Source: Octopus bimaculoides
Lineage: Eukaryota
DNA: 64,000 nt
NCBI RefSeq assembly: GCF_001194135.2
Contig: NC_068998.1
Location: 53,390,927 to 53,454,926 of the forward strand
Reading direction: 5' to 3'
Part shown: in pieces, positions 54,241-64,000 of the stretch
How positions within the stretch are numbered: the stretch's first letter is position 1
How the letters are laid out: the number at the start of each line of letters is the position of its first letter
Position numbers and translations under genes: made by a program
The notes under the pieces: generated by a model
Told to the model about the DNA's origin: nothing
What the model saw: only the letters and a program-made list of their open reading frames with translations
Database searches by the model: none

Positions 54241-55578
54241 CAGCGGAAAAGTTATCTAAAATGTGTGATGCGTTCTAAAATGTTCAGTGGCCTCAGACGA
54301 CAATTTGAAAATGTCTCCATCATGCTAGTGTGTATACTTGAACTTCTATCATGTAACTATGAATCTTATGGAGTGTCTTGTGCTAATCGTGACATATTCT
54401 CGTTTTTCACCCGCTGAGTTTATACTGGTAGGAATTTGCGATTTTGGCATAAAATATCGTTAGGGCAATATTAGCGTTATTCTGTCATGATTGTCTCTGA
54501 TATTTGGGAATCATTTAAAGAATCTAATTGTCTTCCAGTGGAATGAAATGCCGTGATTTTGTGATATTAGTATTGTTTTTGCGGAGATGCATCTGCAGTG
54601 AAAGTGATTTGATGTGAAACTTTTTTTAATATAATTTTCTTACTTTATTTGTATTTCATATTTCTTTTCTTTTACTGAATTTGTTTTTGATTTGAAAGCA
54701 CCATGATGGGCACCATTACACTGGAAAATGGTTTCAAGAGGTTTATTCTTGATGTCTGTTTAAAGTTGGGGTGCGGTGATTGTGTTATACAATTTTAAGA
54801 ATTGAAAACGTAGAAAGTACAACTTGTAGAAGTTGGATCTAAAAAGAAACGAAAGAAAAATATTACACGTGAAGTTAGTGGAAAATTCTTTAGTTTCATA
54901 GAAACGTGTAATAAGAATTGAAGGCAATGAAGAATAATAGGCAACGAACAGTAATTCCGTATATGTAAGCGTTGCCAAGCAACAAACGATGGGTATTATT
55001 GAAATTTTAAAGAAATACTATAAGTTATCAAAATTCTAAATGTTCAATAAACCCAAACCGTTGTTTGCTTCATTATCATAAAGGTTTCTAACATAATGAA
55101 ACAATGTTGTAAAGATATATATGAATTTATGCATCAAAATATGGAAATATATAAAATTTGGAATTACCAAAGTCTTGCTAGTAATAACTATTATTATTAA
55201 AGAAAACAGGTTGACTATGATACGTGGAGAAATCACTGACCAGTGAAGTTTTAATCATTCGGTTTACTGATTTAACAATGTGTTCATTGACTAAATAATT
55301 GATTCTAGTAATGGCCTCGGTAGAAACCATTAGGAAACTGGAAATTTGACAAACGGTTAGTTGGTTTAGGAATTTTGTAATTAACGATTTCAAATTTTGT
55401 AATTAACAACAGCAATTCTAAATATTTCAAGATTGTAATGCAGTGATGTCCATTAAGAGTTCAGAAAACAAAACAAAAAAACATGTAAGAACATATGCTG
55501 TATTTAGTTGTTCAATTGATGATTGATATGAAATAATTTGAGTGGAATATTAAAATCTCATGCAAACCCATCGCTCTA

Positions 55579-55614
<36 letters not shown>

Positions 55615-55790
55615 GAACACATGCACGCATAGAAACAGATATACATTCCTACAATACAAGCACAATTCATTATATTTAACTTGAAACATTTCATTAATAC
55701 TTATAAATAAAAAAAAAAGTCTTATATATTATTAATATGTTAACGAGATATTGTGAATTTGTCACACGTCTCAGTATTTCTATTAGGAGA

Positions 55791-55882
55791 AGGGTGACGA
55801 GCTGGAAAGAACATTAGAAAAATATTTGTGGTAATTCTTTTTGAGTTCAAAACCTGTCGTGGTGTCGATGAAATAAAGTAAC
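55791..55882 (+). mobile_element. SINE family B, highly degenerate
   Basis: GGGTGACGAGCTGGAAAGAACATTAG...TTTGAGTTCAAAACC...GTCGATGAAATAAAGTAAC. Confidence 0.4.
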
Positions 55883-56234
55883 ATGTTCCGAGGTCAGAAA
55901 CTAATTATGAGTTTTATTTCTTTTTGCCTTTTTCTTCCAATTTTGCCGAGCAACTTCCCAATACCGAAGGCATTGCAACTGGCTATATACGTTGATAGGC
56001 CACTACAATACTCATACCATGTCCATGCATTCCTTTCTTTATCCACCTATTTTCAGTTTCATTCATTCTCATGTACTTTTACGGTGTCTACACAAGCCTG
56101 ACCTTCTTACTTCGAATAATAGTGGTTCTGTGGAATGTTTACATAACATGCTATATTACTTTCTTCTCCTCTGATGCTGTGTTCGCATCAAATCATTTCT
56201 CTTCCCCCTCTTTTTCTTGATACATATGTACATA

Positions 56235-56268
<34 letters not shown>

Positions 56269-56963
56269 GGCACAAATGGTGTGACCGTATTATTCTTAAG
56301 GTCAATGCCATATTTGCCATTATTAAGTAGGTTAGATTGTTTATGGAATTATTGTAAATGCTACATCTTACAACTTGATAGATCGCCAAGAGATTCTGTC
56401 GTCCGTTCAAAAATATATTAGCTTTGCAATTAGGTTGATTTAACTTAATAAGATCTTTATTTACAAACCAATGCGCTATGCACAGAGAATCTATAATGCA
56501 TTGTCCTAAATATTTTCTTTAATTACATCGCATTGTGTGTCGTAACTTCTTCGATGGGATTATCACAGCCTCTTATAAGCATCCGACCAAACAGAAAGTC
56601 CATGGAAATCTTGCGTTCAATATTAACGAGAGACATGGACAGACAGCCTGCAACAAAGCGAGTGACTGAAATATATTTCTGGTCTCTATTGACGTGCGCA
56701 CAGGTCGATAATATAGTAGAAAAAGAAGCTTTTGTCGGTCAGCTATGTATGAAGGGAGGCAGATGATCGGCTGACCTTCTGAACGCTATGACCGATCGTT
56801 ATATGTATCATGAGAAACGCGGGCAATAGCAAATGAAATGGATCAGATGAACTAGAGCATTCTGCAGGTAGTGTTTCAATATAAACAAGACATTATATCT
56901 TTCTACTCGCAGAAAGAGATTTAAACTCAAATACCTGAGTCAGTCAACATTATACCAATGGTG

Positions 56964-56979
56964 TCGTCATCATCGTCGA

Positions 56980-57011
<32 letters not shown>

Positions 57012-57018
57012 CCATCAT
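56964..57018. repeat. (CAT)n-type trinucleotide microsatellite
   Basis: Direct reading; it explains the poly-Asp ORF 56927-57127. Confidence 0.9.
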
Positions 57019-57744
57019 TCAGAATCAGTGTCCTTATTATCTTCAGGATCAAAATCACAATTATCATCACTAACCATATTTTGATATCGTAATTAATACG
57101 TGTATTTAACTCAATTATCAATTTCATCTTGTTAAAGATATTAATTATAGTAATAAAAATTTGTTATTATATTAAAAATTCGAAAGCAATTAAATTTTCA
57201 TAAAGGAAAACAAATTTGGAGTTTAATACAATACCAACACAATTTTATTTCGAGCAACAACAACGGCAGCGGCAGCAGCATAAGCAACGGCAATAACAAC
57301 TGGTACTTTTGCGTAATTTGAACCCAGCCACTAATCTTGATAATGATAATTGTGTGAAACTATGCAAATGCGAACATCTGTGAGGGATTATTCTATGAAA
57401 CTACACCGAGATTACTGAAAAGAAAATTTTACCTCTTTTCCTATTCATACATAATTACGCATTAATTTGTCAGGCTGGAAGATTCGGTAGAGTCACTGAC
57501 AAAATAGCCAACGGAATGTGCTATGCTAATTGACAATCTGAGTTCAAATCCACCGCGAAAAACTTTTGTTAGAAGTCCGTCTATCATTGACCAGTTACAG
57601 CGATAACTTTGTGTGAATGTTCGTTGATTGAAATACATAGCGTTCTTTACGTTTATATTTCGCAAATTTCCCATTATTTACATTCTGATATCGCTGGTGA
57701 CGTCATTCTGGTAGGTTATGCTGGTATTCTCGTCTCACTTCAGC

Positions 57745-57810
57745 AAGGCGACGAGATGGTAGGAATGGTTAGCACGCCGTACAGAACTCTTAGTAGCGTT
57801 TCCTCTGTCT
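57745..57810 (+). mobile_element. SINE family B head fragment
   Basis: AAGGCGACGAGATGGTAGGAATGGTTAGCACGCCG resembles 9491-9525. Confidence 0.55.
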
Positions 57811-60505
57811 CAAGCATCAAATCAATGCTAAAACATCAGTTCTCAAGCGCATCATAGTCAGCGAGCATGCTAGTAAATTTTACTATGCTGATGCACTATA
57901 CTTTTCAGGCATTTGCATAAAAAAGTGTGTTTCTGTTTTCGCTTTCTAAGGAATATTTAGCTGATGTGATATCGTATGATGTCAAGAAAGAAATTCAATA
58001 CTCAACGACAGCATATCAGTCATGGTATTGTTTTCCTTTCCACCAGAATAAGAATTACTTTGATATTAGTACGTATTTAGTACAAAAGTAATGTATTTAG
58101 CCAGAAGGTGAAGCATTATATTCCAGAGTAAATCAGTTGTAAAAACTGACTTATATGGTTTCAAGTCGCCTAGAATTTCAAACCCAATAATAGAATCTGA
58201 ACTACTTTGCTGTTATTTGAAATAGAAGAACTGCTCGGAGATGTGAAAATACGGTGTATTTCTGACGTTTCAGTTGGATGGGATTTGTTTTTAATGAAGC
58301 CGTATTCTTATAAGGAGTAGAAACCAGTAATGGAAGCTAACAAGACATTTCTAATATATCACTAATCGAGAAGCTTCTATAGGTCAGCTTCACAATTCCC
58401 CCTTTCGCAATGCATTTATGTATTTCTCTCTCTTCTTCTCGTTCCTTCACGCTCTATAACCTTATCTCTTTATATATCTACAAGGGTTTCCTTGTTTTCT
58501 CTCTATTTATTTCCAACTTCTTTTTGCATGTCTCTCAATTCAATTCTTCCCTGTATAGCTATGTATTTCCATGTTCCGTTACACTCTTTTCCTCTCTCTA
58601 TATTTATATTTCTCAACATTTCCTACTCTTGTCCTCGCTTCCTATCTTTATTCCTTTCTTCTCCCTCGCGTGTTCTCTCCTTCTTCTCGCGTCTTGACTG
58701 GATATTAAGAATTACTGCTTAGTACAGATGATTTACTCCGATAAGAGATAAAACTCGGTAATAACATGGATGGTGTTGTTTGTGTACAGCGGAAAGTATT
58801 CCAGATGGGAAGTAAACGATTATTCCCGATAGAAAGATGAATAGAAGCAATGCACTTTAAACTACATTTTGTAGAATCATGTATGTATGTATATGTGCAG
58901 ATTTGTATGTTTTGCTTCAGGTATACCTTCTCATGCATTAATTTGCATCTCGAAATATACTTGTATATATGTAAATGTTTTACAGATTTTTACAGTTCCA
59001 GTGATGGATCGGATCTGTAATATTCGAATCAGCTTTCCCCTTTCTGGTTTTGAGAAGACTAATTTCTCAAGATTAATATTTAAGCAGTGTGTTACATATG
59101 TATGCAAGTAAGTATGCACGTTTGTCTGCACGTTGGTATGTATGTATGTGTCTTAATATTGAGACAATTTATGAGGGTGTTAAGAACTATGAAAAAGTTA
59201 AGTTTAGTCAGGAAATATTATGGTTTAACTGTATGCACCTCTGTTTTGAATCACAAATATCTTGCTTAAATGTCTCTTTTATCTTCTTCACACTGATTTA
59301 CTCTCCCCCTCTCACTCTCACTCAGTCTCTCTCTCTTTCTATATGTCTATCTCCTTATCCTGAAGCAGCAGACTCTCATTATATTGACAAGACAAACAGT
59401 TCCTAATAGTTTGCATTGCGATAAAAAAAAGCTATTTGCTAATATGCATCATTACTGACATTGAGTGCAGCTGATTGCTCTTATAAAATTAATTACAGAT
59501 GTCACATTGAGGTCAGTTGACCCAAAGGGAAGCTTTCAACTCAGTCATTCCCAATTTCCTATTCTTAATATGATTATTATTATGAATATTGTTGATACTT
59601 CTAGTAGCAATCTTGTTATGATGATGGTGATGATGACAGTGCTATGGCGGTGTTAATGGCGGTGCTGTTGGGAGCAGTGAGATTGTTATCAGTTATTCTT
59701 TAATTTTGAACGTTATAATTGTTATTATTGTTGCTAATCTTTTTGTACTGGATTTTTTGTTATTTTTTTCTGTTATTTTATTATACATAATGTAGTTCTG
59801 CCAAACAATTAACACTCAATTAACATCCTTCATTGAATATCCTTCACTAGCTTTATTCTGTTTCCTATAAAATTTTCACTGATTTGTTTGTCGACTATTT
59901 TCTTCCTCTAACCTATAAAATACCATGAGACAAGAACATTCGCTCATATCGGATATAAGTGGCTGCACATTGGTTTGGGCTTCCAGCAATATGGATTTAC
60001 GAAAGTAGCTTTGATTTCTTGTTGAGCTGCTGCACGTCCCAAATTGATCGCTGTTGAAATTTGTATTGACAACTACTGCTAGGCTTCAGTTAAGTTCAAT
60101 TAAGTTTCATGCGCTTAATCACAATGAAATATTCATCAGTGCCACAACCAAGCAATAGTCCTGGGCGGTTTTTACCTTCGCTCCTGATACACGTACACAC
60201 ATGACACTCACGCATACAGACACAGATATAACCAAGTAGACAAATATATGGATGCCTGCCGAATTGTTAGGCTCGTTCATATGTGTGCCTGCATAGATGG
60301 GGGGGGGAGTGAGTGTGCGCGTGTGCGTGAGTATGTGTGTGTGACAGTGTGACAGTGTGTGTGTACATATGAAATCAAAGGTTAAAATTGGAAAATATTG
60401 TGAACTTGTTCTATGGAAAATTAATATTTTCACGGTGAATTGTTCTGAGCTCTCTTTTCATGAATGTTCCGTTATATATATGTTATATATTAGTAAAGCC
60501 ATACT

Positions 60506-60549
<44 letters not shown>

Positions 60550-60779
60550 GGTGTGTGTTTGTGGTTATGTGTGTGTCAGTATGTATATTTATGTATACGT
60601 GCGTGTACGTAGTCATCTATTATATCATATTTATTGTGAATATGTTACCTCAGAGATAACTCTCATCTAAGTACTCATGTAAGTAACCAAACATCCTGCA
60701 TGGTATGGTGGATGGAGCGTACCACATACATCCATGCTTCGCTTTCTGCCTGTCTGTCTCTGTCCCTGACTTTCTCTCT

Positions 60780-60898
60780 CCGGGTTCAGTCCTTTTGCGT
60801 GGCACTTTGGGCAAGTACTTTTACTATAGCCTCGGGGCGACCAAAACCTAGTAGGTAGATTTGATAGATACAATCAGAAAGATGCCCGTCGTATATAT
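60780..60898 (+). mobile_element. SINE family C, 5' fragment
   Basis: CGGGTTCAGTCCTTTTGCGTGGCACTTTGGGCAAGTACTTTTACTATAGCCTCGGGGCGACCAAA is the reverse complement of 5615-5678. Confidence 0.75.
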
Positions 60899-61230
60899 AC
60901 AGAGAGAGAGCAATATATATATATATACATACATATATATATATACATGTGTGTGTGTGTGTGCGTGCTTGCGTGCGTGCGTGCGTGCGTGTGTGATCAT
61001 TGTCATTGTTGGCTGCTGCAGCAAATAATCCCCTGCAAAGATATATTTATTAAATCCTAAGAAAACCATTTATTTCTGTTTGCTGACAGAGGGCTTACTG
61101 ATTGTTTGCGAATCCATTCCATCAAGAAGAAGAATGATTTGATTTTCGACATTTTTAGCTCTTTATATATATTTGAGTAAATATCCATTTCCTCCGTTTA
61201 TACATGTTGTAATATGGGTGGCATTGAATT

Positions 61231-61274
<44 letters not shown>

Positions 61275-61651
61275 AAGAGAGATGTGCCCTCGATAGCCCA
61301 AACAAACACAACTCCACAGTTTCTTTAAATGCCGAAAAAAGAATGATAATAAATAAAATTGTAATAGAAATCTTTAAACGCAAAATCTTCGAACTCGAAT
61401 TCTTGCAATTATACGATGATAGGCAACAAGCAAAAGAACAAGCAAAAGGTAGGAGAGACAACAACAACAGTAACAACGCCACAAAATGTTCACAATTTTT
61501 ACATACGAAATGGATAAACAAAAATGAGCAAACATCATCTCGAACCAGATCTAGAACAAAATGAGTAACGGATGAAGTATCAACATTCAATATCCCCTTA
61601 ACGGTTTGAGGCTTTCTTGTCAGCCGAGAAGGATGTGATACACGTCATTTC

Positions 61652-61699
<48 letters not shown>

Positions 61700-61785
61700 T
61701 ACATACCTGTTTTTGTTTTTTCGGGAAGAAAACGGAGATGTCTTATGTATCTTCGGAAAGACACTTTAAGGAAATCTCTTCGTAC

Positions 61786-61858
61786 CTGTTAGGATGTGTT
61801 TTCCAACTCATCAAGCAAGGCATATTGTAATGTGTGTTTGGTGTATAGGACCGAGAAT
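61786..61858 (-). CDS. Candidate 73-nt coding exon, unknown protein
   Basis: Acceptor CTCCTATTTTAACTAG|A and donor CAG|GTACGA. Only one frame is open (phase 1 to 2): xSRSYTPNTHYNMPCLMSWKTHPN. Confidence 0.4.
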
Positions 61859-62197
61859 CTAGTTAAAATAGGAGTTGAACTCGCACAGTATTGACAATGG
61901 ACTGTACAACTCAGAGTTTAGTTTTGTAGCAAATAGCTTTGAGAAATACGAGACTCACAAATACTGACACGGCTGTTAACCATTTTTCTTTTCATCATAA
62001 ATACAACGTCGAACTAAGAAATTGAATGCGAACAACATAATGTTGTGTGATATGTACGTGGAGCTTCAGATCCTGATGGCAACGGTAGGATGACCTCACA
62101 GTTGCATTGAAGTGAGGCAGTTTAACAATTGAATTTGTAGACCGCCGCAAAACTCAAAATTACGTTTGGCGTAGTAGTTTGCCTTTGCCTTTCATCT

Positions 62198-62293
62198 CGA
62201 AAGGATGAAAGGCAAAGTTGACCCCGGCGGAATTTGAACTCAGAACGTCAAGACAGACGAAATACCGCTAAGCATTTCGCCTGGCGTGCTAAC
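62198..62293 (-). mobile_element. SINE family B fragment
   Basis: CGAAAGGATGAAAGGCAAAGTTGACCCCGGCGGAATTTGAACTCAGAACG...GCGTGCTAAC. Confidence 0.9.
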
Positions 62294-62521
62294 ATTTCTT
62301 ATTACTTTACTATCCACACGGGGCTACACACAGGGGACAAACATGGACAGACAAACGGATTATATCGACTCCAGTGCGTAACTGGTACTTATTTAATCGA
62401 CCCGCAGAGGATGAAAGGTAAAGGCGACCACGACGGAATTTGAACTCAGAACGTAACGGCAGACGAAATGGCGCTACGCATTTCGTCCGGCGTGCTAACG
62501 GTTCTGCCAGCTCGCCGCCTT
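62294..62521 (-). mobile_element. SINE family B, full length
   Basis: Complete head (AAGGCGGCGAGCTGGCAGAACCGTTAGCACG on the minus strand) through to the 3' tail. Confidence 0.9.
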
Positions 62522-62568
62522 CGGAGGTATTATGTTAATGCGAAAATAAACGTCTCTGCTTAAGACAC

Positions 62569-62668
62569 GGGGGTCGATAAAATAATGTACCAGTTGAGTA
62601 CTGGGGATCGATGTAGTCGACTATCCCTCTTCCCCAAAATTTCAGGCCATATTCTTATTAGAAAGGAA
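62569..62668 (+). mobile_element. SINE family B, 3' half
   Basis: GGGGTCGATAAAATAATGTACCAGTTGAGTACTGGGGATCGATGTAGTCGAC is complementary to 62357-62405. Confidence 0.8.
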
Positions 62669-63060
62669 TATTATTATTGTTGTTAACGTTATTGTTGTTG
62701 TTGTTGTTGTCATCGTCCCCGACATCATCATCATCGTCATCAATTGCTGTTTCAGTATTGTTTTGGTTGTCGCTAACATTATTGTTGTTTTTGTAATACC
62801 AATACTAATATATATAATATATACAAAAGCAGTCGTGACTGCACATATATTTGTTAAATGGTTAAGTTTCTTCAGCTATAATCGCAAAAGTAAGAGAGTT
62901 AGAACGCCATGAGATCACATAAAAGAATATATCCTACATTTCTTGTGAATGGATGCCTTTGCTATATAGTTCTATTGTTAACAATTACCCAATACTTTTG
63001 CCAACAATATGGTCCCAGAGTATAGGAGAATGAGGAAGGAAACGGTGTCACGTCCCTTAC

Positions 63061-63149
63061 CATCCGTTTGTAATTTGCTAAAGGTGGAATCTTGTCCATT
63101 GCGTATGTTATAGAATTCTTTCAAAAAAAAACTCACATCATCAGGAATG
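63061..63149 (-). CDS. Candidate 89-nt coding exon, unknown protein
   Basis: Acceptor GTTTCTATTTTGCAG|C and donor ATG|GTAAGG. Only one frame is open (phase 2 to 1): xIPDDVSFFLKEFYNIRNGQDSTFSKLQTD. The phase matches the exon at 61786-61858. Confidence 0.45.
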
Positions 63150-63315
63150 CTGCAAAATAGAAACTGTCACATCATCGATATATTACAAATAGAATTCCAA
63201 TTTTTTTTAAGGTTTCCACTCTATTCTCATCTGTAATGGTAAATCTTCAGATTTGATAAATGAATAAAAGATTAGCGTATGTGTTTGTGTGCGTATATGT
63301 ATGTGTGTGCGTGTG

Positions 63316-63353
<38 letters not shown>

Positions 63354-64000
63354 CGTGTGTTGAGAAGAGAAAACTTTCCGTCAACTTTTCAAAGATGTTT
63401 CTGCAAAACGAACGTAGTTTCACAATGTTTATATCAAACTCACACACATAGAATCACATTTGTCATTTTTGAAAAGTTCTTAGCTATGTTGTTTTTAATG
63501 TTCATCATTCATTCGCTATGAGAAAATGCGCTAATCTTACAGTATGTTGATTTATAGATCTTCAAGAATGCACGATGAGATATGTCACAACAATATTATG
63601 CATCAACGCTCAACATTGTAAGACCAATATTGTTATGTCAAATGTGAACTACCTTCACCTGGAGTCAGTAAAAGAGTTACTAGATATGTACAAGTTCAAA
63701 GGCCGATCGAATTCATTCCATCTTCATATATTGTTTGAGATATTTTGCTGAAGTGTGAAATAGTTTTTATACGAGCTGTCCTTATCATTTTATGCAGGAT
63801 CGCCTAAGCCCCATTGATATTTGATTAAGGCAACTACGTGCTAATGAGCCAGCATATGTTGTGGAAAGTATCATTGTTTGTTACCTCTCCCTATTAAGAG
63901 ATGCTGCAAAATAGATTGGAAAGTTAAGCAGTTGTGGTCGATGAAAAAGATAGCAGTAGTACCAATAATTGTCGGAGCCCTAGGAACAGTGATCAAAATT

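Noticed and set aside
56533-56766. 77-aa ORF largely open on both strands, also containing TATCACAGCC (miR-2 family 5' end)
   Set aside because: No recognisable domain or convincing splice pair; the 10-nt miRNA match lacks a supporting precursor hairpin.
63541-63747. Minus-strand 207-nt block with acceptor and GTAAGA donor
   Set aside because: Multiple stops in all frames; at best non-coding.
1-64000. CRISPR arrays, rRNA, operons or prokaryotic defence systems
   Set aside because: No repeat-spacer arrays or gene-dense coding sequence; the 39-bp array has no spacers and the DNA is plainly eukaryotic.

Overview
Eukaryotic, very AT-rich draft-assembly DNA with many N gaps, most of them bordered by (TA)n/(CA)n microsatellites. 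The dispersed repeats match tRNA-derived SINE families I recall from octopus genomes, so the source is probably Octopus or another cephalopod (inference from memory, not a database search). No complete or nameable protein-coding gene is visible. Most ORF-track entries are microsatellite or N-gap artefacts, or antisense shadows. What the sequence supports: about 17 SINE copies from four families; a 265-bp near-perfect foldback element; a separate 71-bp, 97%-identical inverted repeat; pogo-like and mariner-like MITEs; decayed Helitron, Penelope, RTE, CR1/L2 and hAT relics; and a 39-bp and a 31-bp minisatellite. Several minus-strand candidate exons have canonical splice sites and compatible phases (best pair 63149-63061 and 61858-61786), so the window may be mostly intron of an unannotated gene. 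There is no CRISPR, rRNA or intact tRNA gene. I found no evidence strong enough to claim a new biological system; the best leads are the hairpin-forming structures and the exon chains.
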